Shown here: positions 24,078 to 37,216 of the stretch, in pieces
Layout of the letters: every line of letters begins with the position of its first letter
How positions within the stretch are numbered: the first letter of the stretch is position 1
DNA from: Pseudogymnoascus verrucosus
Taxonomy: Eukaryota
Direction: 5' to 3' (one strand)
Length of the DNA: 59,409 bases
NCBI GenBank assembly: GCA_001662655.1
Contig: KV460234.1
Made by a program: the position numbers and the translations under genes
The notes under the pieces: generated by a model
Seen by the model: only the letters and a program-made list of their open reading frames with translations
Told to the model about the DNA's origin: nothing
Database searches by the model: none

Positions 24078-24683
24078 CCTGTCATGGTTAAAACTTGGGA
24101 TCTGAGGATAGGGTCACTTGGAGCTACATATATTCATGAGTGAGTATCAACGGATGGCGTTTGCTGCGGTTTAGCGTGTTTTCTCGCACCACACAATGAT
24201 GTTGATAAGGTGTATTCAGATGAAGAGTTGGGTCGCGGTGGAGGCCCAATGCTCCACTGCCAAAACCTGGGAGGTGAAGAAACCATAAGAGTTCGGTTAT
24301 TGCAAGTTGCCAGCTGCAGTAATACTTTACAAGATGGAAAACACAATGGAAAATGACTAGGCAACGTGCATCATTATGTAGACTGTTATAAAGCTAGGAG
24401 AGCGAATTACCGAAGGCCCAGAGGCCGTGGATTCCATTTCTGCTACCTAACAATCCAGTCTTTGCCTTGACTATTTTTCCTCCTTATTGCGAGATACCAA
24501 TAAGAAATTCGTGAATATGTAAAAACATAAATAGGTATATGATGGCCCCATACATCAGTCCTGCCAAAGGTATAAACATATACCAGGAATCCAAGCCCTT
24601 TCATCCATGTTCAAAACACCCTGACGCCTATCCAACAAGCAGTCCAGTCGTAGATACATCGCGTGCCCCAGAGCAAGGTAAAA

Positions 24684-27153
24684 TTATCCTTGGTTCATCA
24701 TGTAGCTGTTATCGTATTGCCCCTGGCCATATTGCATACCTTCGTCATCCCCATTCGGCATCCCGTCAAACGGCATATCAAGACCGTCCGGCAAGTTGCC
24801 CCAGAGCATCCCATCCAAGTCCCATATGCTCTGGTTGTCAAGGAGCATCCCCTCCTCCATCATCATCTCCGTTATCTGCTGCGCTTGTTGGGCGTGATGT
24901 GCCCTCTCCGTGCCAGGCGACATGTCACTATCAGCGATATGCTGGTACGCTTGTCCGCTCCCATCTCCGGACTCCATCTGACCGTCCCGTTGCGCTTGCA
25001 GCCTCGGGCTTCCCTGGCGCGTAATAGGCCCCTTACTCGCCTCATACATCCGGCCGACTACCTCCCTGCTCCGCCTCGCAGCCAGACTCCAGTCCGCCAT
25101 GTCGGCAAAGCACTCCAGCACAATCTCGATCTGGCGTTGCCATTCCCTCACCATAGACGTGTTCCCGCTCTCCCAGAACATGCTGACTAGAGGGATCATA
25201 GACGCCTGGTACATGAACCACACCGCATTCCAGCCGGACATCTGGTTCTGCGTCCACTCTCGGGAGATGTCATCGATAGTTTGCTTAGCCATCGCGCGAC
25301 AAAGCTCGACGGCACTGAGTTCCTCGACTGTGGGGTGGTAGTTTGCGCCGCGGTTGGCGAGGTTGAGAAGCACGGGGCGGTGGAGCACAATGCGTATGTT
25401 CTGGTATCGCCATTTCAGCACGCAGCGCGCTGTATATAGGGCTTCTGGGCAGGGGTCTGTGGAGCGCAGGACCCAGGGGAGTTTGTCGGACCATTCGACG
25501 AGTTGCGCATCGAGTTTGCTGCGTTCCTCTGCACGGGGGAGAGGGGATAGAGCCATTGTGTCTTGGATCTGAGTGGCTATCCTGGCGAACTTGATGTTCT
25601 CAATCAGGGGAACTACGCGGATGTGTTGGCCAGTGGTGGAGTTTTCATTCTGGATACTGGTTAGCATAAGTGGAGTCATGGGATATGTGAGAAGACCTAC
25701 AGCATCATTGGCGCCCTCGGGTGGTCGGATGGTGACCGCTGGACCCAACCTACCCAGTGAAGGGCGTCCGAGGGTCATTGACGCCCAAGTGTCTAGACAG
25801 AATAAACTCCACCATGTTCGACGCCGCAAATCGGCTAGCATCTTCTCTCTTTCACCGCCATTCACATCTACGCCATGCTCTCGATGGAGGCCAAGTGCAC
25901 ATGCCATCCGCAAAGCAGCACCAGTAATGGCATTCGCCATATTTGGTCGATTGATATAGTGTAGATAATAGCCTCCTGTCAATATCAAGGCCTGTAGAGT
26001 TTCCAAATGCCCTTCTCCAAAGCAATCCAAGTTGAGATGGTCCCGAGATCGCTCGTAAAAGTTCATGTGATTGTGGTCATCCGATTTCATCGCTGCAATG
26101 CTGCCCATGGCAAATACCATATTTAATAAGGCAAGCCATGGGGAATCATGGCGTTGACCACCCAGGTAATCGGCTCGAAAGGATGGCTCATCAAGCATAG
26201 GAATGAAAATTTGAACTCTGTTGAAGTACGCGTCGATAAGAGTCTGCCCCTCCGAAGACCAGGCTATCCGGGAAGACGGCCGAGGTGTCGGATTGTGTCG
26301 CGGGTTTGGATTGTTGCTCTGTCGGACCTGAACTGTGCGTCGATTTTCCGCCGTTGGTGGCATGAGATACGATCGTAACCTCGGGGATACCTTGACCATA
26401 ACCATAAGGGCAGCTTTGATCGAGGATGCCCCCAGATACGACGATTGCCGGTCCACTGAGAGTGACAAGGCGTTCACATCGTCAGACTCGGAGGGTATAG
26501 CCTCCCGATTCCGCCTCTCCTCATCCCATTCTGTGTCCTGGCTTGGTATTTGTTCGAGGGTTGCAAGGCTTCTGTCCTCTTCCACGCCCGAGCTGTTGGG
26601 TGATCGATATTCCTGTGTCGTTGCAGAGTTCATGGAGCCCGCTGGTGAGGTCTGGGATATGGACGCCGCACTCGCGCGATGATCGAGGATCGAAACGAGC
26701 TCATGCCGTGATAGTGGTAATAATGACTGGACATCTGTGTTGGGGTATAGCTTCTTTAGAATAGAGCGGCATTCGTCTAGCGACTGTTGCAGTGCATCGA
26801 GAGTTCTGTGCAAGAAATCAGTGACGGTATGCGAGCTTGGACAAGGTGGTACTACTTCCGCGAGGGTATTACTCTCTGCCTGTGCTTGTCATAGTAGCAC
26901 GGCTTCGGAGAACGACACCCCAAGCATTGTCCGCAGGGCTGCCTCCCATCGCATCGAATTTTGCGCCGTTTGCATTCAGCACAGGCATGAGGGGTCGTTA
27001 TTCTCTTCGAGTTTCCATTCGCTGGGGGCTTCGGAGCTTCCTGGGCCACCTCGGCAGCAGGTCGCGGTGGAGCAAGGCCTTGAACTATTGCAATATTAGC
27101 GGCGAGGAGCGGCTCGATGTTCGTCTGATCGTCTACATACATGTATGGAACAT
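24684..27153 (-). CDS. Zn(II)2Cys6 transcription factor with fungal TF middle-homology domain, resembling the cellulase regulator CLR-2/ClrB
   Basis: Spliced N-terminus MFHT/FQGLAPP...KRITTPHACAECKRRKIRCDGRQPCGQC...CYYDK. Middle domain ALRMACALGLHRE...RRRTWWSLFCLDTWASMTLGRP. The MFHTF start and DDVNALSLS...SSYLGASS recall the CLR-2/ClrB clade; orthology is from memory and unverified. Confidence 0.85.
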
Positions 27154-28914
27154 AGCGTTCGCAGGCTCGCTGGCGGGACGCATGGGGAGCGATGTCGGTC
27201 GAGAGAATTCGACCCTTTGATGTTTCCACGGGTACTGATAAGCGGGGAAACACAGAGGACCACGAAACGAGGTGACGAGGTCGCGGCGGCTGGGATTCGA
27301 CAAGTGTTGAAGAGGGCACAGTGTAGAGGGAATCACAAGAAGTGAAGGTAAATGTACGCCGAAGGAGGGGAAAAGAAGTGGTCGGTCGGCCAGCCCATCC
27401 GGTAGTTGGTCCTGTAGAGTACAAAGTATGTATGGTACTATATGTATGCTCAGTACAGTACGGTGGTGCGGCGCAAAACTGTAAATCTGCTGTACTGTGT
27501 AGTGGAATATATGCACTCTCATAGACCTCAGTAAGTGCAAATTCGGGTCTCACTGTCGGAATAGCCCCATAATAATACTGGTGGAGATGTAAAGTTGTGT
27601 ACGCATGTACAGCATAGTAATCCGGGGATGCATCGTAGGTACCTGACTGTACTTCTCCAGACACGGCACCACGACGGGGAAGGGGAAGAGGAAGCAGACA
27701 AGGCCCAATAGGAGAATTATAGCTACATGCACTACAAAGTACATGCCCTCATACTTCAGCACTTCAGTTCTCTGTGGTGGCTCCGTCGCCTTGGGGAAAA
27801 TATCCACCCATCAACGATGTGATATCGACGGCGTCTTGACTGGGAACGCCAGGAAAACCCCAGCGTCGTGCCGATTGTGGAGATGCGCCGGGCGCGCCAG
27901 CCAGTTACTGTTGCTAGTCGACTGCAGTCACTACTGGAGTAGGAGTTAGTATACTTTGGTATAGTACAGCTGCCTCCACTCCTACCCCACACAACGCTTC
28001 GTTCATCGTTCTGATCTTCACTTCTTCAGGGTCTGATGTGTTGAAGGTCCAGTATTTTGAAGGGGTCCAAGTGGGACAACCAATTTGCGAAGGGAAATAC
28101 ATCTCGAGTCTGAGAGCGCATCAGCACAACGTCTCACCACAATATACTACGCTTTGTGAGGATGATCTCGCCCAGTCCCCCCGCACATGTGCCAAGTCTG
28201 GGCTTTCCCTTGTCATCGCGAGTTTTCGTGGATTGTATGAATTTGCCTCGCTATAGTCAGCATAGTCGATGCCACGTTTTGCTCCTCCTGTTAGATTGCA
28301 ACTCTGTGCGTTGGAGAAGTGTGTGTGCCACAGAAAATCATCTCTTCTTTAAGCCCCCCGGATCGGTTGCGCGAGTACCCATGGAACATTCGAACCTTCC
28401 ATGGGATGTGGAGTTCGACGAGGGACGAGCGTTTTGTACTTTAGGTGCTTCCAATATAGTGCTACATGGTGTAAGTTAGCTTCGATAGGATAACAGGACA
28501 AAGACAAACAATACCGTGAGTAATACGATTTCACCGCATACTAGAGAGGTAACTCTCTCTTGGGGACAAAACGATGAGTATCAAATCCAATAATATATAT
28601 CGATTCATACTATCAAACACTTATTCATCCAGATATATAGATCGAGCAATAGTTGATAGAGGAATAGTTGCAATGGGCAAAGGCTTGGCTAGAGTGTACC
28701 CCACCATTCTCCAGTCTCGTGCACTAGCGGCCGCCCCCACCTTCTCCTCCATGATACTGTAGGTTGCGAATTGGCGTACAACCTTCACATGTGCTCAACC
28801 GCCTTTCCTCTCGCTCACAATACGCGGAAGAGAGGGGACGACAATGTTAATATTTGATTTGTGAAGACTTGGTTCTTGTTGAGCCTTTTTGTCAACTGTG
28901 CAACGAATTCTGCT

Positions 28915-30380
28915 ATGATGGAGTGTGGCCTTCGGTGCAACACTCTGGCTTGCCGTAAGGAGCTCAGTGAAGAAGCCATTGTTACAACTTGCAGGTATGC
29001 TATGGCTAGGGGAATTGTGCCGTAATCCATCTATTGTATACTGACTAACACAACATAGCCATGTCTTCTGCCTCGATTGCGCCAATCGACTTCTATTGGC
29101 CAATGGATCGAATCGCATAGTTTGTCCAGCATGCGATCAACATCTCGCCAATGAAGATGATGTGGCAAGAGCAAAGCTCCATCCAAGTGAAGACTATAAA
29201 ACAAGCGTTCTCAGTGGCTTAAACCCAAATACGATCATGGAGTGTGCTGGACGAGCCATGAATTTCTGGGCCTACCAGACATCACAAGAAATGTAGGTGC
29301 GTCTGGGCCATTACTATTCACGGTAGCTAACCTGCCTCCAGTTTGTATCAAGGGATGCAGGCACGAGTTCTTACAGATAGATACAATAAATTGAAAGGCC
29401 AAATCGATTCGATTGTCCGCGACGCTAATAACGAGATGTCAGCATTGAGGACCGAGCTTGACAGTAAGTTGAATGGTAAAGTCTTCTTTTATGAGACCAA
29501 GCTTATCTCTTGACAAAGATGCGATGACTGATCTCAACAATGCTCAAAAGAAAAACCATGAACTGGCCCAATCTTTGCATGCAAAATCGAAGCAGCAGGC
29601 TCATACGCAGGAGCTTTACGATAAACTGAAGCGTCGAGATCAAATGAGCCAGGTCCAGAATGCAGCATCTGACGCAGTGGATCAAACGATTCAAGGTTCA
29701 GCAACTGCAAATGGATATTCCGACCACTTCAGAAAAGCCAATGACCCACCTTTTCGACCTCCTGTTTTCCCATCGCTGCAAGGAAACTCAATGGGCCCGC
29801 CACCTGTTCCAACATCGATGCCGCTGCCTAGCGTAGCTGGTCGAACTGGATTGAGCAATGGGTGGATTGGCTTTACTAGCCAGGGGAATAATAACCAGGG
29901 CATTTTTTCCCACCCCTTTACTCAAGCTGCAATGCTGATTATTTATACAGGTCATGTCGTTGCACACACACCTTCGAGCCAGCGGCAAAGACTTATCGGC
30001 GAGCCCAACGTTGGGATAGCTGTATCCAACATGAACTCTCGTAGCCTCAGCACCCCTATGCAGCCTCGACATTCCCCAGCACGAGGTCTGTTTGGAGGCA
30101 TGAGGTCCAGTGGATCAGGTGGAAACGGCTTCGCTGGGTACGGGATGAGCGCTGGATTGAAGGTCAGCCACACACCACCACTGGGAGTTGAGGGGATGCG
30201 AAGTATGAGCAGGACTGGACCCATGCCAAGAGGTATGGCTCTCAATCTCCCCTCCCGCAAAACCTATCTAATTAATTCTCAATAGTTGCCCAAAGGCCAG
30301 CCTCAGCTAACTTCATGGGTGGCCGCTCGTCAGTATACGGAGAGGGTCCTGGACTCGGCAACCAAGGAGGGTTCTACTAA
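28915..30380 (+). CDS. HEI10: Meiotic RING E3 ligase HEI10/CCNB1IP1
   Basis: LRCNTLACRKEL...AIVTTCS/HVFCLDCA...CPACDQHL...LHPSEDYKTSVLSGLNPNTIMECAGRAMNFWAYQ, followed by a coiled coil and a low-complexity tail. Several introns. Confidence 0.88.
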
Positions 30381-30471
30381 CTTATCGCTATCAGATAACA
30401 ATACATAACACCTTGCTATACAGATATGCTACACACGCACTAACTGGTTGAACAATAGAATGTCACGCTCT

Positions 30472-30765
30472 TCATGTACTTTAGAAGTGCCAGAACGGCG
30501 GGATGTTTATGTCCCTAGCTTGCTTTAGAGAAACTAGGCAGCGGTGAAGCCGTTCGGGGCTGACTACATCAAAAATAGCTTATCTACAATTGCCAAATGC
30601 GTCCATACTTGAAAATAAACGTGCTCCGCCCACGATCGCTGAATGGAACGGCCAGCACCCTGTGGGCGCCCTTCCTGACGGCCAAATCGGGTCCCAGACT
30701 ACGACACTTGCATTCTGGGAGGTTTAAAACGCCTATTCTCAGTAAATAGTGCGAGATGTAGATGT
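30472..30765 (-). ncRNA. Candidate structured ncRNA (H/ACA-like architecture), unassigned
   Basis: Five nested inverted-repeat stems in about 290 nt with no ORF. The minus strand has AGATAA (H-box-like) between two domains, ACA at 30477-30475 and TATATAAA at 30803-30796 upstream. Confidence 0.4.
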
Positions 30766-31437
30766 TTAGTTAGCTGTTAGCAATTATACAGTACATTTAT
30801 ATACAGATAATCGTAAGGATATGATTTTCGATGGCTGCTTTGTACTGCAGAGAACAAGAACAGTACGTATCTTACATACTACACGCGGATATTTGAACGC
30901 TGCAGGGTAAATTTCTAGTTTAACGGCTTCAACACAATCTTCCACTCACTAGCAGTTTCGGATAAGGCCGATCTATTTCTGGCATATTTTATAATAATAC
31001 GGTCAACCTTCAAACCAATCAACGGTCAAAATATGCACCCTTGCCCGCGCAGATACGCCATAATCATCATAATAATACAACTTCCCTATTCGGTGAATTC
31101 GCTGGGAATACGAACAATCTAATACAGCCATACAACTCCTCCCCGCTCCTCCCCCCTCATCGCCACACGTAAGCTACGCCGCAATCCTTCAAGCCGTGGA
31201 GATTTCTTTTCCGTTTCCCAATACCTTCGTTCCCGCTCAATTGTCTGCTCAACCACATTCGTTTCCACAGCCGCGTCCCCGGTCAAGAACCGCCATCCCT
31301 CGTTTCAGGCACTCGTCATCGCCCTAATCCATCAAGACACCCACGCCATTTTGACTGTTTTCCTCGATCAAACAGACAGAACGGCCTCATTGGGAGCTTG
31401 AACAACCTGCTACTATAAAATATATATCGCCACCCTC

Positions 31438-33625
31438 ATGGGTAAACGTATGGCTGGACCCTCCACCACTTCACATTCGCCCACGATGCTAATTATTTGT
31501 CGCAGACCGATGGGGAGTCATACTGGACGCGGGTTCGTCAGGGACTCGAGCGCACATATATAAATGGCGGCATAGCGACTATGCGAAGGAGAAGGCCTCG
31601 TCGAAAGATTTGAAGAGCCTGCCGCATCTCAAGACACACAAGAAATGGACCAAAAAGATACACCCCGGCATTTCGACATTCGGCGAGCGGCCAACAGATG
31701 TCGGAGAAGACCACTTGAAGGAATTACTCGACCATGCTCTCGATATCGTACCGGCTGATCAGGTCGCGGACACGCCAATATTTCTGATGGCAACAGCTGG
31801 GATGCGCCTGCTTCCTCCTATACAACAAGCTGCACTTCTACGCGAAGTCTGTACATATGCAAGAGCCAACACGAAGTTCTCGCTACCCGATTGCGACCTA
31901 CACATTCAGATTATTCCTGGGGAGACAGAGGGTTTGTACGGCTGGATCGCAGCAAACTACCTTGTTGGTGGCTTCGACACGCCCGAAGAACACGCTCATG
32001 GAAAAGACCACCACACGTATGGATTTCTCGATATGGGCGGTGCTTCAGCACAAATTGCATTTGCACCCAATGCAACAGAGGCACAGAAGCATGCGGACGA
32101 TTTAAAACTACTACGAATGCGAACCCTGGATGGAGTGGTGTCGGAATATAAAGTCTTCGTTGCGAGTTGGCTGGGATTTGGCGTCAACCAGGCGAGACAG
32201 CGATATGTATCAGCATTAGTTGACTCGGTGGACTCGAGCAAATCCTTGGAAATCCCAGATCCATGTATAGTCACCGGTCTGACATTGTCAGTTGATGGCA
32301 CCATTCTGGATCCGGATGCGGCGCGGCACGGTTCGAAGCCATACTTAACAGGTCAAGGTTCATTCACCGAGTGTTTGAAGAAGACATATCCATTGCTTGA
32401 AAAAGATGCAGCATGCATAGACGAACCATGTCTAATTAACGGACAGCACGTACCAGCCATCGACTTCGATGTAAATCACTTCATTGGAGTCTCGGAATAC
32501 TGGCATACAACGCACGAATTCTTTCAACTGTCCCATAACGAAGAGAGTTATGATTTTACAAAATTTCAAAGCCGAGTACGAGAGTTTTGTAATTTGGACT
32601 GGGATGAAATCGAGCGAGGCGTCGATACAAAAAAGTGGGGGAAGAAAGTGGATGAGAAAGCCGCCTTGGAAATATGCTTTAAAGCATCTTGGTTAACCAG
32701 CATCCTACATGAGGGCATCGGCATACCACGGCTTGGCGTTGACGGGATCCCAAAGGGCGTTAATGGAACAAACGACGCTGTCCGGAATACAAAGGAAACT
32801 GGGTATTTGGATCCCTTCCAGGCCGTGGACAAAATTGATGGTACAGAAGTCAGTTGGACTTTGGGAAAGATGGTACTCTATGCTGCCGGCCAGATAGAAC
32901 CCCAAGGAAAGGATCTTCCCGTCGGCTTTGGATCCAACGTACCGTCTGGTATCTCAAGTGACTTTCAGCGGGCAGGGTCAACATATACACCATGGAAGGG
33001 CGGGGACGATGATGATGATTGGGACGACAAGATACTTCATAAGGCATCAAAGCCGTCAACCGGTCTGTTCATTATGATCTTCATACTTGGCTTCCTTTTC
33101 TACATATTCCGCAAGAAAGAGCGCCGATCGAGAGTCTACGGAAAGATATCCTCAGCCATACGCCGTAGCAGAAATAAGAAAGGCGGGCGCAGCTTCTTCA
33201 GTGCCAGCAAATTGTTCGGCCGCAAGTCTGGCTACTACGAAAGGGTCCTCGAAGAAGGGGATGGAGTCAATGACTTTGAATTGGCCGATGTGGACTCCGA
33301 TGATAGCAATGAGGCATCTGATGGCAGCGAAGGCAGCAGCGGCGCACGTGCCTCTGGCTTGGCAACCCCTAAACTCAACGTCGTCAACTACGGAGATGGA
33401 AACTTTTTCAGCCCCGTTGGTACTCATGGCTTTCATGCCGATGGCAGCTTAACGTCGAATCATTTACTACCCAATGCTATGGACAGGAGCGGCTTGGTTG
33501 TGAGAACTGAGTCAAGGGAGAGATTAGCGCCAAGCTTGACAAGCGTGGGATCAGGAAGGAGCAGGAGTAGGGCTGGGAGTCCGACGAGAAAAAGCCCCTT
33601 AATGAGCCCCGTGGACGAGGATTGA
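31438..33625 (+). CDS. YND1: Golgi apyrase (GDA1/CD39 family) with C-terminal TM helix
   Basis: MGK/HRWGVILDAGSSGTR (ACR1), ATAGMRLL (ACR2), GETEGLYGWIAANY (ACR3), LDMGGASAQI (ACR4), SWTLG (ACR5); TM segment and long cytosolic tail. Confidence 0.92.
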
Positions 33626-34248
33626 AGGAGGTTAAGTGTTTTTATTCTTGTTTCAATATAATAGTGTACGGGTTTTTATTAGTAGCGTGGCGCTTATTCT
33701 GTGGGCAGTGGCATACGGTGTTTGTGGCATATGGCAAGGAATCGGGTTGGCGTCTCTTCATGTGCCATGGTGGATGGCATTTATATCACGATACTTTTGG
33801 AACCGAACTGGGTGGTCGGCAGCAGCATGTATGTATGTTAGCATAGTAAGTAATTACTTAAATTAAAGCATCTAGTTGCTGTCTTGCATAGCTTGTTTAT
33901 ATATACACAACTGTTGTATAAAATCCTCGTAAATGTCCCAAATCTTCGTCTCCAATATGACGATAACATCTGCAATCCGTTCAATCTCTCTATTCGCCGG
34001 GGATATCAAGGTTTTACAGCCCATCTCATTTCTCAGGTCACACCCCTCACTCTAGGGTTTCGGAAGTGGCATCTTGATGAAGGATGACTCCTCGGCTGCC
34101 AGACTAGAAACCCCATTTTGGGCACCAGCTGTGCTCTTCCAGGGTTGGTGCTCCATGCCCAATTCCATGAGTGAGCTGGCGCCGGTGACGCCGCAGGGTC
34201 TGATATCCCGCCTCCAAATGCTAGAACCCGCTCCTACAGCAGCGTGCT

Positions 34249-34962
34249 TCAATCTGCATCCCTCATCAAAAACTCCGGGTCGTTCTTTACCCTAGCCTCA
34301 AACTTCGTCCACCAATTTTCGAAAGCCTTCAGCGGCACTACCTCCACCCCAGCCGTCCCATTGCTTCCTGAAACCGGCACGTTTCCCGCGAAGCTCGCCA
34401 GGAAGTTGAATGCGTTTTTAATGATCCTCTGCGCTAGCACCAGCGCATCGGTTCTCTGCGCCCCGCCATCCTGCATCCTTACGAGGGCATTCCCTGGCGT
34501 GGCTGCGGCGCTACGTTGTTGTAATGTGGCATTTGAAGACGGCAGAGCTGCCATCTGGGCATTCACTGACTCGCTGGACTCGACGGATATCCCAAGGATA
34601 AGATTGCGTTCACCAGGCCCTTCGGGGGCATCCATGTCAACCTCTCCATTGATAGCGTTCGACCCGTTTCCGTTTGAGGAAGTGCCACCAACTTTAAAGA
34701 TTGCACTTTCCTTTCCTGGGCCAATGCCGCCGAGAAACTTAAACTCCGGGGCCTGGCCCTCGTTGGTCGGGGAGGACGCTAGGTATACAGCCGCGGCGGT
34801 GTCTGGTGGGAGAGTGATGCCGGGGAGGAGAACGACGACAATATGTGAGAATGGGCGCGCAGGAAGGTTGAAGAGGAGTGAGGTCGGTGCCGGCGCAGTA
34901 GTGGGGGTGGTTATAATGGGACAGCCGGTCGGTATGACTCCGAAGAGTTGGGGAAGAGCCAT
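34249..34962 (-). CDS. OPI10: Hikeshi/OPI10 (DUF775) family protein
   Basis: HIVVVLLPGITLP..TAAAVY...FKFLGGIGPGKESAIFK...ILGISVE...LAQRIIKNAFNFLASF...VVPLKAFENWWTKFEARVKNDPEFL. Confidence 0.88.
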   Translation of the reverse strand: MALPQLFGVIPTGCPIITTPTTAPAPTSLLFNLPARPFSHIVVVLLPGITLPPDTAAAVYLASSPTNEGQAPEFKFLGGIGPGKESAIFKVGGTSSNGNGSNAINGEVDMDAPEGPGERNLILGISVESSESVNAQMAALPSSNATLQQRSAAATPGNALVRMQDGGAQRTDALVLAQRIIKNAFNFLASFAGNVPVSGSNGTAGVEVVPLKAFENWWTKFEARVKNDPEFLMRDAD

Positions 34963-35485
34963 TGCAATCCTAATATGGCGTTCTTGAGATGGCAGCAATT
35001 TCGTCGTCGCAAAAGCCGTTGCGAAATTGGCAGATATAGATGCGATCCGCGGGGTGTATATCGCCTCGTTTTCGATTAAATGGCTTCGATGAGATTATGG
35101 ACACCGTCGAGGCCGTATAATATATTGTTTGAATAATCTAGACGCTTTGGAAGAACTGCCTTTGTGGTAATGATGTTGGTGGGATAGGTGCTCTACTTGT
35201 TGCGGGTAAGCTGTCTGTAGCCATTTGGATAGCTCATGAAAGTACGTACCTTGGCTTGGTGGGGTGTTCGTCCAGAAGTGCGGGGCAGAACCACTCCAAA
35301 TGTCGCCGGCACCAACAGGAACCTTCTGGCATGGGATCGAATTCCTCCGCAGCGTTGCTGTCTGACGATTTTGTAAATAGACCACGTCGACTAAATTGCC
35401 GTTATATTATACACCGACATAAATTTGCCCTTTTTTTATTTTACTTAAGAATCAACATCTGGGCCATTAGCGGTTTGATCTCAAA

Positions 35486-36544
35486 ATGGCGGCCTCAAAG
35501 AGCAACTTAGATCTTGTCAATGATTGTGACTGGTAAGCACCTCATATTCCACAATCCCGACGATATTTTCAGTTGAGGGTTTGATGTGTCTTCAGTTTTC
35601 CCTATGCCGAAAAGGACCCAAAGGCTCATGCGGAGCTCATGTCCACTCTGTTCACCCTGACCTGGGACGATGGCGTAAACAAGGTACCGATTGGCCTCAT
35701 GACCGAGAACGTCCTGAATAAGCTCGTAAAGACACCTGTCGCGGTCAAAGGAGAGCTCGAAGTACGCCGCGAGCAGCGCGAAGTTTGTGTTTTCCAGGAG
35801 AAAACCGAGAAAGAGAGGAGTGAGTGGGTAGCTTTGACAACGGCATACTGGCGGGAGAACAAACAATTTGAAATTCTTGAAGGTTGGAGGAATGAGCTAT
35901 ACCCTGTCTATGGACCAAACAATGAGCTTCTTTATAGCGTTGAAAGAACTGCTGCAGCACTACTGGGGGTCGTCATGTACGGTGCACATATGATGGCTTA
36001 TGTCAAGTCTCCAGAATCCAGTTACGGGATTAAATTATGGATTCCACGACGGGCCGCGAATAAACAGACTTATGGTGGGATGCTGGACAACACTGTGGCT
36101 GGTGGGATGGCTACAGGAGAAGACCCCTTCGAATGCATCATCCGGGAGGCAGATGAGGAGGCCAGCTTACCAGACAAGTTAGTCAGGGAAAATGCTATCG
36201 CCCACGGCGCTGTCACCTATATTTACATGAGGTCAAAACTGGCAACTGGGGAGGTTGGGCTTATTCAACCAGAGGTCCAGTATGTGTTTGACCTGGAACT
36301 GCCAGAAGATGTTGCTCCAAAGCCGAATGATAGCGAGGTGGAATGCTTCTATCTCTGGACGGTGGAGGAGGTACAGGAACACATGCGCAAGGGAGAATTC
36401 AAGCCCAACTGCGCCCTCCTCCTGCTCGACTTCTTTATCAGACACGGGATCCTAACACCGGAAAACGAGCCCGATTTTGACGAGATTAAGAGCAGGCTAC
36501 ACAGGCCGTTGAACTTCCCAGGACCACATGTAGCGCTGGTTTAA
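35486..36544 (+). CDS. Nudix hydrolase, thiamine pyrophosphokinase-related (YJR142W / tnr3 N-terminal type)
   Basis: GWRNELYPVY...ERTAAALLG...LWIPRRAANKQTYGGMLDNTVAGG...IIREADEEASL...PKPNDSEVECF...FKPNCALLLLDFFIRHG. Short first exon MAASKSNLDLVNDCD. Confidence 0.88.
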
Positions 36545-36691
36545 TTTTAATTTTGGCATTTAGAATTACCATTAACTCGACGCCATCTAACTTTCCGTTT
36601 CCTGAACGCCCATCCCTAACCAGCTATGCACCAGACGAGAGCCACTGTGAACCCGAGAACCTTGCATAGAGCGCAACCCATGCGTAACCTA

Positions 36692-37216
36692 TCATTTCTT
36701 AATAAGCAGATAGATGTAATCCACCCGCAATGGAGTGAGCTTCTTGTAGGGCCCCTCCAGTGCTAACAAAAGCCCGCCGAAAGATACATAACATTTGCTG
36801 CATTGAATTGTCAGACACGAGAAGTTGCTTTGGGGGGTGGGGTATGTCTCGAGTGAGGAGTCTTACATTATATTTCCATCATCTCCATCCTCGAACTTGT
36901 AGATCTTGCCATGGCAGACGTAGTCAAATAGGTCCGCAAGTGTGGCTTCGCCACCCTGTCCACTTCGCCCAACGTCTCTCCAGCCTTTGTTGTCATCTTT
37001 GCTCCCATCCAACGAGAGGGTGCTGGCCAGAACCATGTGCAGTGGCTCGCCAACGGCGCATGGGAAGAGTTCGGTGTTGATATCGAGAGCAAAGGTTGTT
37101 TGCGAGTCTTGGGACGTTGCGCTGATACGAGAGACACGGTCATATTTGGATTGGTCACTTGCTGTGATGGTGAAGTGCTCATCGAACAGCTGCGAGTCGC
37201 TGGTCATGCCAGACAT
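36692..37216 (-). CDS. RPB8: RNA polymerase I/II/III shared subunit RPABC3
   Basis: LFDEHFTI...KYDRVSRI...LDINTELFP...LADLFDYVCHGKIYKFE / KCYVSFGGLLLALEG...IYLLIKK*. Confidence 0.95.

Noticed and set aside
19224..27153. Functional link between clr2 (SHREC) and the CLR-2-like Zn2Cys6 factor
   Set aside because: Name coincidence only; the families are unrelated.
30472..30765. Assignment as U1, U2, U4, U5, SRP, RNase P/MRP or snR30
   Set aside because: None of their diagnostic motifs (e.g. ACTTACC, GTGTAGTA, GCCTTTTAC, m1/m2) was found; left unassigned.
34244..34987. 247-aa plus-strand ORF and other long antisense ORFs over real genes
   Set aside because: Antisense shadows of conserved CDSs in GC-rich codon usage.
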